Shown one piece after another: positions 49,573 through 59,078 of a DNA stretch of 64,000 nucleotides. Where the stretch lies: assembly GCA_963842725.1 (NCBI GenBank), contig CAWJHN010000004.1:254098-318097 (forward strand), given 5' to 3'. A program made the translations under genes and the position numbers. The stretch comes from an uncultured Actinomycetes bacterium (GTDB lineage Bacteria; Actinomycetota; Actinomycetes; S36-B12). The notes below the pieces were generated by a model. It made no database searches, was not told the origin of the DNA, and worked only from the letters and a program-made list of their open reading frames with translations. How positions within the stretch are numbered: position 1 is the first letter of the stretch; the number at the start of each line of letters is the position of its first letter.

Positions 49573-50286
49573 ATGAGTCGCCCCGTCATCGGCCTTTCGT
49601 GCTACCTCGAGCCCGCCCGGTGGGGGGCTTGGGAGCTGCCCGCCGCCCTGGTGCCGGCGTGGTACGTCGACCTCCTGCACGAGGGCGGTCTCGACGTCCT
49701 GCTGCTCCCGCCCGACAACGACGCGACGGTCGTCGACCGCCTCGACGGCCTGGCACTGGCCGGCGGCGCCGACATCGACGCGCGACACTACGGGCAGGAG
49801 CCGCACTCGACCGCCGATGCCCCCCGCACCACCCGTGACACGTCCGAGCTGGCGCTGTACCGACGAGCCCGCGAGCGGGGCATGCCGGTGCTCGGCATCT
49901 GCCGAGGGCTCCAGGTGATGGCCGTCGCGCACGGCGGCACGCTGATCCAGCACCTGCCCGACCACGAGTCGGCGGGACTGCACCGCGAGCGGCCCGGTGA
50001 GTTCGTGGAGCACGAGGCGACGTTCGCGGACGGTTCGATAGCGGCCCGCACCTATGGTCAGGGACCGGTGGTCGTCAACTCCTCGCACCACCAGTCGGTC
50101 GCCACGGCCGGCGACCTGGTCGTCACCGGTCGCGCCGATGACGGCACCATCGAGACGTGCGAGGATCCGGGCGCGGACTTCTGCATCGGCGTCCAGTGGC
50201 ACCCCGAGCACCCGGACCGGCGGGAGGCGGACCTCCCGCTCGTCCGGGCATTCGCCGCAGCGGCCCGGCGCCATCGCGAGGGCTAG
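49573..50286 (+). CDS. Gamma-glutamyl-amide hydrolase (PuuD family)
   Basis: RPVIG, ARWGAW, GGADID, GICRG, SHHQSV, QWHPE. Confidence 0.9.
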   Translation: MSRPVIGLSCYLEPARWGAWELPAALVPAWYVDLLHEGGLDVLLLPPDNDATVVDRLDGLALAGGADIDARHYGQEPHSTADAPRTTRDTSELALYRRARERGMPVLGICRGLQVMAVAHGGTLIQHLPDHESAGLHRERPGEFVEHEATFADGSIAARTYGQGPVVVNSSHHQSVATAGDLVVTGRADDGTIETCEDPGADFCIGVQWHPEHPDRREADLPLVRAFAAAARRHREG

Positions 50287-50298
50287 CCGGGCCGCGAA

Positions 50299-51078
50299 CT
50301 ACAGGGGCGTGACGTACGCGCCGGCGATGCCGCCGTCGACCAGGAAGTTCGACGCCGTGATGAAGGACGAGTCGTCGCTGGCCAGGAAGGCAACGGCGGC
50401 CGCCAGCTCGTCGGCCTCGCCGAATCGACCCATCGGGATGTGCACCAGCCGTCGGGCGGCGCGCTCCGGGTCGCTCGCGAACAGCTCGATGAGCAGCGGC
50501 GTGTTGACCGGTCCGGGGGAGAGGGCGTTCACCCGGACGCCCGACCGGGCGAACTGCACGCCGAGCTCGCGGGTCATCGCGAGCACGCCGCCCTTCGACG
50601 CCGTGTAGGAGATCTGGGATGTGGCCGCGGCCATGGTTGCCACGAAGGACGCCGTGTTGATGATCGAGCCCTTGCCCTGCTCGAGCATGATCGGCAGGAC
50701 CGCCTTGCAGCACAGATAGACCGACGTCAGGTTGACCTCCTGGACCCGGCGCCAGGCCTCGAGGCTCGTCTCGAGGATCGAGTCGTCGTCCGGCGGCGAG
50801 ATGCCGGCGTTGTTGAAGGCGATGTCAACGCTGCCGTAGGTGTCCTTGGCGGCGGCGAACATGGCCGCCACGTCCTCGGGGCTCGTGACGTCGGTGCGCA
50901 CGAACAGCCCGTCGACCTCGTCGGCTGCTGCCTGGCCGGAAGCGGGGTCGAGGTCGCCGATCACGACGATGGCGCCCTCGTCGGCGAACCGCCGGACCGT
51001 GGCCAGGCCGATGCCGCTGGCTCCACCGGTCACCACGGCCACGCGGCCCTCGAGCCGGCGGCACTTGCTGTCACTCAT
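50299..51078 (-). CDS. Short-chain dehydrogenase/reductase
   Basis: TGGASGIG, NNAG, YTASK, PGPVNTP. Confidence 0.92.
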   Translation of the reverse strand: MSDSKCRRLEGRVAVVTGGASGIGLATVRRFADEGAIVVIGDLDPASGQAAADEVDGLFVRTDVTSPEDVAAMFAAAKDTYGSVDIAFNNAGISPPDDDSILETSLEAWRRVQEVNLTSVYLCCKAVLPIMLEQGKGSIINTASFVATMAAATSQISYTASKGGVLAMTRELGVQFARSGVRVNALSPGPVNTPLLIELFASDPERAARRLVHIPMGRFGEADELAAAVAFLASDDSSFITASNFLVDGGIAGAYVTPL

Positions 51079-51140
51079 CTGATGCCTCTCATGTATCTGC
51101 GACGGTGGTCGTGCGTAGTTCCTGGCGGGGGTGCCGGGGG

Positions 51141-52499
51141 TCAGTCGTCGGTGCTGATGAAGACGTTCTTGGTCTCGGTGAAGGCGTCGAGGGCATCGGG
51201 ACCGAGCTCCCGGCCGAGGCCGGAACGCTTGAAGCCGCCGAAGGGCGTCCAGTACCGGACCGACGAATGCGAGTTCACCGACAGGTTGCCGGTCTCGATG
51301 CCGCGCGAGACCCGGATGGCCTTGCCGAGGTCGCGCGTCCAGATCGAGCCGGACAGCCCGTACTCCGAGTCGTTGGCGAGGCGGATCGCGTCGGCCTCGT
51401 CGTCGAAGGGGGTGACGACGACCACGGGACCGAAGATCTCCTCCTGGAAGGTGCGATCGGTCGATGACACCGGGGCGAGGACCGTGGGCGGGAACCAGTA
51501 GCCGGGTCCGTCGGGGCAGTGCCCCCGGAAGGCGACCGGCGCATCGTCGGGCACGAAGCCCGCGACCGTCTCGAGCTGCCCTCGGCTGATGAGGGGGCCC
51601 ATCTCCGAAGTCTCCAGGCGGGGGTCCTCGACGCGGACGCCCTTGACCGCCGTCTCCAGCAGTTCCATGAAGCGGTCATACGCCCGCCGCTCGACGAGGA
51701 TCCGCGATCGGGCGCAGCAGTCCTGGCCGGCGTTGTCGAACACGCCGTACGGAGCGGCCGCGGCCGCCTTCTCGAGGTTCGAGTCGGCGAAGATGACATT
51801 GGCGCTCTTGCCGCCGAGCTCGAGGGTCACGGCCTTCACCTGCCGGGCCGCCCCGGCCATGATGCCCTCGCCGACGGCGGTGCTGCCGGTGAAGACGACC
51901 TTGCGCACGAGCGGGTGGTCCACGAACCGCTGGCCAACGACCGAGCCCTTGCCGGGCAGGACGGTGAACACGTCTGGCGGGATGCCGGCCTCGAGGGCCA
52001 GCTCGCCGAGCCGGATCGCGGTCAGCGGCGTGACCTCTGCGGGCTTGAGCACCACGGTGCAGCCGGCCGCGAGCGCCGGGGCGAATCCCCAGCCGGCGAT
52101 CGGCATCGGGAAGTTCCACGGGACGATGACGCCGACGACGCCGACCGGCTCCTTGAAGGTGATGTCGATGCCGCCGGCCACCGGGATCTGCCGGCCGAAG
52201 AGCCGCTCGGGCGACCCGGAGTAGTAGGCCAGGACGTTGGCGACGTTGTTCGCCTCCCAGCGTCCGTTGCCGATCGTGTGACCGGAGTTAGCGACCTCGA
52301 GCTGGGCCAGCTCCTCGACGTGATCGCGAACGAGGTCCGAGAAGGCCCTCAGCAGGTTCGCCCGGTCCCCGGGCGCGACGTCACGCCAGGCTGGGAACGC
52401 GGCGTGCGCCCTCGCGATCGCCTCGTCGGTCTCCTCGGCGGAGGTGGACGGGACGGTGGCGATGACCTGCTCGGTCGCCGGATTGATGACGTCGTGCAT
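51141..52499 (-). CDS. Aldehyde dehydrogenase (AldC/PuuC-like)
   Basis: IVPWNFP, FTGST, ELGGKS, AGQDCCAR, EEIFGP. Confidence 0.92.
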   Translation of the reverse strand: MHDVINPATEQVIATVPSTSAEETDEAIARAHAAFPAWRDVAPGDRANLLRAFSDLVRDHVEELAQLEVANSGHTIGNGRWEANNVANVLAYYSGSPERLFGRQIPVAGGIDITFKEPVGVVGVIVPWNFPMPIAGWGFAPALAAGCTVVLKPAEVTPLTAIRLGELALEAGIPPDVFTVLPGKGSVVGQRFVDHPLVRKVVFTGSTAVGEGIMAGAARQVKAVTLELGGKSANVIFADSNLEKAAAAAPYGVFDNAGQDCCARSRILVERRAYDRFMELLETAVKGVRVEDPRLETSEMGPLISRGQLETVAGFVPDDAPVAFRGHCPDGPGYWFPPTVLAPVSSTDRTFQEEIFGPVVVVTPFDDEADAIRLANDSEYGLSGSIWTRDLGKAIRVSRGIETGNLSVNSHSSVRYWTPFGGFKRSGLGRELGPDALDAFTETKNVFISTDD

Positions 52500-52565
52500 G
52501 GCTGCTCCTGAGCGGTGGGCGCGATGTCCCTGCTGGTGGTGAGAGGTGGCGGGATGCCGGGACCA

Positions 52566-53930
52566 TTAAAGCCGTTCGAAGCTGCGGTATCGCTCCCAGT
52601 CGGTCACCGCGCTGGTGAAGGCGGCCAGCTCCACCCGGGCCATGTTCGCGTAGTGCTCCTGGACCTCGCTGCCGAAGGTCTCCCGGATCCAGTCGGACCC
52701 CTCCCACAGCCGGAGCGCCTCGGACATCGTGTGCGGGACGCGGGTGGAGTCCGTCGCGTACGCATTCCCCTGGAATGCGGGCTCGAGGTCGAGACTCCGC
52801 TCGATCCCGTCGAGTCCGGCGGCGACCATCCCGGCCACGGCCAGGTACGGGTTGACGTCTCCTCCGGGGATGCGGTTCTCGAGGCGAAGTGCACCGCCGT
52901 GACCGACGAGCCGGAACGCGCAGGTGCGGTTGTCGCGACCCCAGCGGATGGCGGTGGGCGCGAACGAGCCGGGCACGTAGCGCTTGTAGGAGTTGATCTG
53001 GGGGGCGAACAGCAGCGTCAGCTCGTTGGAGTGGGCCAGCTGGCCGGCCACGAAGGCCTTGCCCAGGGCGGACATGCCGTTGTCGCCGTCGTCGTCCGCC
53101 ATCACCATCGACCCGTCCGTGCCGCGGAACGAGAGGTGGATGTGGCAGGAGTTGCCTTCGCGCTCGTTGAACTTCGCCATGAAGGTGAGGGCGTAGCCCT
53201 CCTGGGACGCGATCTCCTTGGCCCCGGTCTTGTACGTGACGTGGTTGTCGCAGGTGCTCAGCGCCTCGAGGTAGCGGAAGGCGATCTCGTGCTGGCCGAG
53301 GTTGCACTCGCCCTTGGCGCTCTCGACGATCATGCCCGCCCCGTACATCTCGTTGCGGATACGGCGCAGCAGCGGCTCCACGCGGGCACCGCCGAGCATC
53401 GAGTAGTCGACGTTGTACAGGTTCGCCGGGGTCAGGTCGCGGTAGCCCGCCAGCCACGCCTCCTCGTAGGTGTCCTGGAAGACGATGAACTCGAGCTCGG
53501 TGCCCACGTACGCCTTCATGCCGGCGTCGGAGAGGCGGGTCAGCTGGCGCTTGAGGATCTGCCGGGGCGAGGCGACCACGTCGGAGCCGTCCTCCCACAG
53601 CACGTCGCACAGGACGCCCACCGCGCCCGGCTGCCACGGGATGCGATGCAGGGTCGTCAGGTCCGGCATCATGACCATGTCGCCGTAGCCGCTGTCCCAT
53701 GACGACATCGCGTATCCGTCGACCGTGTTCATGTCGACGTCGACGGCCAGCAGGTAGTTGCAGCCCTCCGTCGCGTGCGCGAGCACCTCGTCGACGAAGT
53801 ACTGCGCGTGGATCCGCTTCCCCGCGAGCCGGCCCTGCATGTCGGTGATCGAGACCGCCACGGTGTCTATGCGCCCGTCCGCCACCTCCTGACGAAGTGC
53901 GTCGACGGTGATCGGTTCCGGCCTGGCCAT
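52566..53930 (-). CDS. glnA4: GS-like gamma-glutamyl-amine ligase (GlnA4 type)
   Basis: DMQGRL.GKR, EGCNYLLAVDVDMNTVDGY.MSSW..GYGD, KGECNLGQHEI, GNSCHIH, PGSFAPT; next to an aldehyde dehydrogenase, SDR and PuuD-like gene as in actinobacterial glnA4 loci. Confidence 0.88.
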   Translation of the reverse strand: MARPEPITVDALRQEVADGRIDTVAVSITDMQGRLAGKRIHAQYFVDEVLAHATEGCNYLLAVDVDMNTVDGYAMSSWDSGYGDMVMMPDLTTLHRIPWQPGAVGVLCDVLWEDGSDVVASPRQILKRQLTRLSDAGMKAYVGTELEFIVFQDTYEEAWLAGYRDLTPANLYNVDYSMLGGARVEPLLRRIRNEMYGAGMIVESAKGECNLGQHEIAFRYLEALSTCDNHVTYKTGAKEIASQEGYALTFMAKFNEREGNSCHIHLSFRGTDGSMVMADDDGDNGMSALGKAFVAGQLAHSNELTLLFAPQINSYKRYVPGSFAPTAIRWGRDNRTCAFRLVGHGGALRLENRIPGGDVNPYLAVAGMVAAGLDGIERSLDLEPAFQGNAYATDSTRVPHTMSEALRLWEGSDWIRETFGSEVQEHYANMARVELAAFTSAVTDWERYRSFERL

Positions 53931-53988
53931 CTGGTCTCCTCTGCGTGGGCTATCGGGCATTCAACCCCACAACCGTCCGCGCCGTGGT

Positions 53989-54006
53989 CCGTTCGGGGCC
54001 AAACGG
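53989..54006. promoter_or_regulatory. Palindrome CCGTTCGGGGCCAAACGG resembling the cluster-1 operator
   Basis: Same CGTTnGGnnCCnAACG core, in the glnA4/permease divergent region. Confidence 0.45.
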
Positions 54007-54211
54007 ATGTGTTGAACGTTTCGGGCGAGTGACCGTGAGCCGGGCGCCTCGGGCGCGAATGTCCATAACATATCGACCACGTAACTTTCAAGAGTCCGCG
54101 TGTCGGACATCACAAAAGCCCGTACACGAGGACACTCGCGCTATTAGTGTCCGCCTGTCGGGGGACTCGACATCTCGGGTCGAACATCGACCGCAAACCT
54201 GGAGGGCAGCG

Positions 54212-55912
54212 GTGGCAGATCAGAAGGAATTGACCGCGGACGAACGGCAACTCGCGGAACTCGGCTACAAACAAGAGTTGAGCCGGACGTGGAGCGGGTT
54301 CTCGAACTTCGCCATCTCGTTCTCGATCATCTCGATCCTGGCCGGGTGCTTCACCACGTTCTACTTCGGCTGGAACAACGGCGGGCCGATCGCCATCTCG
54401 CTGGGCTGGCCGTTCATCGCCGCCATCATCCTCGTCATCGGCTTCTGCCTGTCGGAGCTGGTCTCGGCCTACCCGACCTCGGGTGGCATCTACTGGTGGG
54501 CGAGCAAGCTGGGTGGCGTCAAGGCCGGCTACTACACGGGCTGGCTCAACCTGGTCGGCCTCATCGCCATCGTCGCGTCGGTCGCCTATGGCACCGCGAC
54601 CTTCTTCGACTACGCCATGTCCCGTTTCAGCGCGGCGTGGGCGGAGGGCTACTCCCTCGAGCGGGTCTTCGTCATCTTCCTCGTGATCCTGGTCTTCGCG
54701 TCGCTCGTCAACATCTTCTCGAGCCACCTGCTGGCGGTCTTCAACAACATCTCGGTGTGGTGGCACGTCATCGGCGCCTCGGTCGTCGTGATCATCCTCG
54801 TCTTCTTCCTCAAGGACGGCGCCGTCCACTGGGACGCGGCCAATGTGTTCACCGGCCGCATCAACAACACCTTCGGTCTCTTCGGCAGCACCGATGGCAG
54901 CCTCAACGGTCCGGGCACCGACGGTCTGGGCTTCTTCTTCTACGTGCTGCCGCTCGGCTTCCTTCTGACGCAGTACACGATCACCGGCTACGACGCCTCG
55001 GCCCACCTCTCCGAGGAGACCCAGGGTGCCGCCGACGGCGCCGCCAAGGGCATCTGGCGCTCGATCTTCTACTCGGCGATCGGTGGCTGGGTGCTGCTCC
55101 TGGCCTTCCTGTTCGCCGTTCAGGATCCGGACGCGGTCTCCGCGGGCGGCGGCGGCGTGCAGGTCATCTTCGACCAGGCGCTGAGCCCCGAGCTCTCGGG
55201 CACGGTTCTGATGATCGCAACGCTCGGGCAGCTCTTCTGCACGACGGCATGCCTGACCTCGGCTTCGCGCATGCTCTTCGCGTTCAGCCGTGACGGCGCG
55301 GTCCCCGGAGCCAAGTACTGGGCGAGCCTGAGCAAGAGCAAGACCCCGGTCCAGGCCGTGCTCGCGGTCTCGGTGGCCGGCCTCGTGCTCACCCTCCCGG
55401 CCCTGCTGAAGGTCAACATCGGCACCCCGGAGGAGCCGATCTACACCGTCACCGCCTTCTTCGCCGTCGTCTCCATCGGCGTCCTGGGCCTCTACCTGGC
55501 ATTCGCGATTCCCATCTGGTACCGCTGGCGGGCCGGCGCATCCTTCAAGCAGGGATCGTGGAACCTCGGCAACAAGTGGAAGTGGATGGCGCCCCTCGCG
55601 ATCGCGGAGATTCTCATCACCTCCGTCTACTTCGTCCTCCCCCTGTACCCAGGTGGCGCTCCGGCCTTCATGCGCGGCTTCCTCGGTGCGCCGAGTGCGG
55701 ACGAGGTTCCGTTCGACTGGAGGGCTGTCAACTACGCCCCGCTCGTCCTCGGCGTCATCCTGATCCTGCTGTGGCTCGGCTGGCACCTGTCGGCCAAGAA
55801 GTGGTTCACCGGACCGAAGATGACGATCGACCTCCCGCCGGAGGTGTCGTCTGCGGACGAGCTCGAGCTCGAGCACGAGCACAAGGGGTTCCACCAGCCC
55901 CCCGGCACCTGA
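54212..55912 (+). CDS. APC-family amino acid/amine permease
   Basis: LAELGYKQEL.R.WSGFSNFAISFS, ELVSAYPTSGGIYWW, TGYDASAHLSEET, RMLFAFSRDG; GGAGG RBS. Confidence 0.92.
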   Translation: MADQKELTADERQLAELGYKQELSRTWSGFSNFAISFSIISILAGCFTTFYFGWNNGGPIAISLGWPFIAAIILVIGFCLSELVSAYPTSGGIYWWASKLGGVKAGYYTGWLNLVGLIAIVASVAYGTATFFDYAMSRFSAAWAEGYSLERVFVIFLVILVFASLVNIFSSHLLAVFNNISVWWHVIGASVVVIILVFFLKDGAVHWDAANVFTGRINNTFGLFGSTDGSLNGPGTDGLGFFFYVLPLGFLLTQYTITGYDASAHLSEETQGAADGAAKGIWRSIFYSAIGGWVLLLAFLFAVQDPDAVSAGGGGVQVIFDQALSPELSGTVLMIATLGQLFCTTACLTSASRMLFAFSRDGAVPGAKYWASLSKSKTPVQAVLAVSVAGLVLTLPALLKVNIGTPEEPIYTVTAFFAVVSIGVLGLYLAFAIPIWYRWRAGASFKQGSWNLGNKWKWMAPLAIAEILITSVYFVLPLYPGGAPAFMRGFLGAPSADEVPFDWRAVNYAPLVLGVILILLWLGWHLSAKKWFTGPKMTIDLPPEVSSADELELEHEHKGFHQPPGT

Positions 55913-55932
55913 TCCACACCGTTTGACCACAC

Positions 55933-55973
55933 GTGAAGGGCGGGACCGGACTCAGTCCGGTCCCGCCCTTCAC
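55933..55973. terminator. 19-bp stem-loop between the convergent permease and tRNA
   Basis: gtgaagggcgggaccggac-tca-gtccggtcccgcccttcac. Confidence 0.8.
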
Positions 55974-55992
55974 TGTTCGGAGGCGTGGTGCG

Positions 55993-56064
55993 AGCCCCCG
56001 GTCAGGTTTGAACTGACGACCTACCGCTTACAAGGCGGTTGCTCTACCACTGAGCTACAGGGGC
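55993..56064 (-). tRNA. tRNA-Thr (TGT), CCA not encoded
   Basis: Minus strand GCCCCTGTAGCTCAGTGGTAGAGCAACCGCCTTGTAAGCGGTAGGTCGTCAGTTCAAACCTGACCGGGGGCT folds as a cloverleaf with anticodon TGT. Confidence 0.96.
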
Positions 56065-56141
56065 GTGGTGCGGCAGCAGGATATCGCCGGCGCGCGCAGC
56101 CGACCGCCGGTACCGTACTGCCGAGAAACGGAGGCGGCGCG

Positions 56142-56496
56142 GTGGCCGATGCATTCACGACGATCGACGAGTACGTCGACTCGTTCCCCGCGGACGTCCA
56201 GGCGGTGCTGCAGGCCGTGCGCGCGGCGATCCATGCCGCCGTTCCCGACGCCGGCGAGACGATCAGCTATCACATGCCGACGATCACGCTTGACGGGTCG
56301 CTATCTCGTCGCCTTCGCCGGGTGGAAGCGGCACATCGGCCTGTATCCCGCGCCCACGGGCGACGCGGGCTTCGAGCGCGAGATGGCGCCCTACCGGGCC
56401 GCCCAGGCGACTGCGAGGTTCCCGCTCGGCCAGCCGGTCCCCTATGACCTGATCGGGAGGGCGGCCGCGCTGCTCGCGGCGCAGCGCCCTCGCTGA
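56142..56496 (+). CDS. DUF1801/YdhG-like protein; apparent +1 frameshift at about 56295-56297
   Basis: TIDEYVDSFP...ETISYHMPT..LDG, then RYLVAFAGWKRHIGLYP...RFPL..P.PYDLI in the next frame; GGAGG RBS. Confidence 0.8.
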
Positions 56497-56533
56497 CCGG
56501 GCATCAGGGCTACGGCAGCGGGACAATTCCCGC

Positions 56534-57445
56534 ATGGACGACGTCATTGTCGTTTCCGGCCTCTGCAAGGACTACGGCCCGGTTCGGGCCGTCGACGACC
56601 TGTCCTTCACGGTTGCACCGGGGGAGGTCTTCGCCCTCCTCGGGCCCAACGGTGCCGGCAAGACGACCACGGTCGAGATCCTCGAGGGGCACCGGGATCG
56701 CAGTGCGGGCACGGTGCTCGTCCAGGGCTTCGATCCGGCCACCGGCGGTCGGGACTACCGCGAGCGGATCGGGGTCGTCCTGCAGGAGGCGGGATTCGAC
56801 GAGGAGTTCAGCGTCCGCGAGCTCGTGCGCATGTACGCGTCCCTCTACCCGCGCCGTCGTGACCCGGACGAGCTGATCGAGCTCGTCGGGCTCGGGGACA
56901 AGCGCGATGCCCGGACGAAGACGCTGTCGGGCGGCCAGCGCCGCCGGCTCGACCTTGCGCTCGGCCTCGCCGGGGACCCCGAGGTGCTCTTCCTCGACGA
57001 GCCGACGACCGGCTTCGACCCGACGGCCCGCCGGCGGGCGTGGGACCTGATCGCGTCTCTTCGGGCACTGGGCACGACCATCCTGCTGACCACCCACTAC
57101 ATGGAGGAGGCCGAGACGCTGGCCGACCGGGTGGCCCTGGTCGTTGCCGGTCGCCTTGTCGCGATGGGCACGCCGGCGAGCCTGGTCGCCCAGGAGGCGG
57201 AGGGCGTGATCGCGTTCACGGTCCCGCCTGGCGTCGACGCGACCACCCTGCCCGTGTTCGACGGGACCACGCGGATCGACGGCGCATCCGTCGTCATCGA
57301 GACGTCGCACCCCACCGCCGACCTGCTGGCCGTGACGACGTGGGCGGTCGGCGGGGGCGTCGAGCTGCCGGACCTCACCGTGTCGCGGCCGACCCTCGAG
57401 GACGTGTACCTCCGGCTGACGGGGGGCGCCGGTGACGAGGCATGA
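56534..57445 (+). CDS. ABC-2 exporter ATPase
   Basis: GPNGAGKTT, LSGGQRRR, FLDEPT, TTHYMEEA. Confidence 0.93.
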   Translation: MDDVIVVSGLCKDYGPVRAVDDLSFTVAPGEVFALLGPNGAGKTTTVEILEGHRDRSAGTVLVQGFDPATGGRDYRERIGVVLQEAGFDEEFSVRELVRMYASLYPRRRDPDELIELVGLGDKRDARTKTLSGGQRRRLDLALGLAGDPEVLFLDEPTTGFDPTARRRAWDLIASLRALGTTILLTTHYMEEAETLADRVALVVAGRLVAMGTPASLVAQEAEGVIAFTVPPGVDATTLPVFDGTTRIDGASVVIETSHPTADLLAVTTWAVGGGVELPDLTVSRPTLEDVYLRLTGGAGDEA

Positions 57446-59078
57446 CGGCGCAAGCCGGCCCTCGAGCCTGTCCCTGACCTGGGGCCAGTTCCGCTACTGC
57501 ACGCGCAGTTACTGGCGCAGTCCGGTCGCGGCGTTCTTCACCCTCGTCTTCCCCACGACGTTCCTTGTGGTGATCAGTGCGATCGCGGGCAATGCGATCC
57601 TCGACGAGCGGTCCGGCATCCGGCTTGCCCAGTTCCTCGCCCCCGTGTTCGCCGTCTTCGGCATCTGCATGGCGTCCTTCGTCTCGCTCGCCCTGGGCGT
57701 CGCCTACTCGAGGGAGGCGGGCGTCCTCAAGCGGCTGCGGGCGACGCCCCTGCCGCCGTGGATCCACATCGCCGGGCGGATCGCGACGGCGATGTTCGTC
57801 TCGCTGATCGCGCTGCTGCTCCTGGTCGGGGTGGGCGTCGCGTTCTACGGCGTCGAGATCGTCTGGCGCACCGTGCCGGCCGTCCTGCTCACCGTCATCG
57901 TCGGGGTCTTCTGCTTCGCCGCGCTCGGCCTGGCCGCGGTCGCGATCGCGCCCACGCCGGGAGCGACGCAGGCGCTGACGAACGGGGGGCTGATCCTGCT
58001 TGCCTTCATCTCGGACGTCTTCATCGTCGAACTGCCCGACTGGCTCGGCCAGGTCGGCTGGGCGTTCCCGTTGAAGCACTTCGTCAATGCGGTGGCAGAC
58101 GGCTTCAATCCGTTCCTCACGGGCAGCGGCATCTACTGGGACCACCTCGCCGTGATGTCGGCATGGGGCGCTCTCGGCGTGGTCGTCGCACTTCGCTTCT
58201 TCACCTGGGAGCCGCACCCCGCGCGACGCCGGCGTGCGGTGACGGCCGCGGCCGTGGAGCCGGCGACGGGGGCGGTGCGAGAGCTGTCACCGCCCACCCG
58301 GGTGGGGTCGCCGAGCCGTTCGACGCTCCTGCTCGGGCAGGTGCGCTACTCGACCACCGGGCTGCTGCGGGATCCCATGTCGGTGTTCTTCGCGGTCGCG
58401 TTCCCCGTGATCCTGCTGGTGTTCTTCTCGGCCATCTACGGCAGCGAGGCGACCTGGGGCGGGCTGCCGCTTCCCCAGTACCTCGCTGCGGCGTTCTCCG
58501 TGTACGGCGTCGCGGTCATGTCGTACGTGAACCTGTCGGGCGGGGTCGTCGACGACCGGTCGCGCGGGGTTCTCAAGAGGCTGCGCAGCACGCCGCTGCC
58601 GCCATGGGCGTACATCACCGGGCGCATCGGCGCCGCGCTCGTTCTGGGCCTGCTGACCGTGGTCCTCGTGTTCGGGATCGGGGCGGTGTTCTTCGGCGTC
58701 CGCGTCGGCCCGGTGGCGCTGATCGTGTCCGTGCTCGTCTACGTGGTCATCATCGGGTGCGCGGCCGCGCTCGGCATGCTGCTCGCCTCTCTCGTCGACT
58801 CCCCGCAGACCGCCATCGCGCTGGCACTGGCGACGCTGCTGCCGCTGTCGATGATCTCGGACATCTTCGTCAACGCGCCGAACCTGCCGCCGACCCTGTC
58901 GACGATTGCCTGGACCTTCCCGCTGCGGCACATGTCGTGGGTGGCCGCGCAGACCAGCTCGGGCGCCGCGATCGGCAGTGCGTGGGCGATGCACATGGCC
59001 GTCATCGCCCTCTGGGGTGCGGCGGCGGCGCTGCTGTCGTGGCGCCTGTTCCGCTGGGAGCCGCGTCGCAGGGGTTAG
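57432..59078 (+). CDS. ABC-2 permease with two tandem membrane domains
   Basis: Two homologous halves, each with R.P..FF..FP, GVLKRLR.TPLPPW, W.FPL.H and F.WEP. Confidence 0.88.
   Translation: MTRHDGASRPSSLSLTWGQFRYCTRSYWRSPVAAFFTLVFPTTFLVVISAIAGNAILDERSGIRLAQFLAPVFAVFGICMASFVSLALGVAYSREAGVLKRLRATPLPPWIHIAGRIATAMFVSLIALLLLVGVGVAFYGVEIVWRTVPAVLLTVIVGVFCFAALGLAAVAIAPTPGATQALTNGGLILLAFISDVFIVELPDWLGQVGWAFPLKHFVNAVADGFNPFLTGSGIYWDHLAVMSAWGALGVVVALRFFTWEPHPARRRRAVTAAAVEPATGAVRELSPPTRVGSPSRSTLLLGQVRYSTTGLLRDPMSVFFAVAFPVILLVFFSAIYGSEATWGGLPLPQYLAAAFSVYGVAVMSYVNLSGGVVDDRSRGVLKRLRSTPLPPWAYITGRIGAALVLGLLTVVLVFGIGAVFFGVRVGPVALIVSVLVYVVIIGCAAALGMLLASLVDSPQTAIALALATLLPLSMISDIFVNAPNLPPTLSTIAWTFPLRHMSWVAAQTSSGAAIGSAWAMHMAVIALWGAAAALLSWRLFRWEPRRRG

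Noticed and set aside
54065..54085. GlnR box (AC-n9-AC, GTAAC) upstream of the permease
   Set aside because: Biologically plausible but too degenerate to support without a PWM scan
55993..59078. Genomic island integrated at tRNA-Thr
   Set aside because: No integrase, no duplicated tRNA 3' end and no visible composition shift in the window
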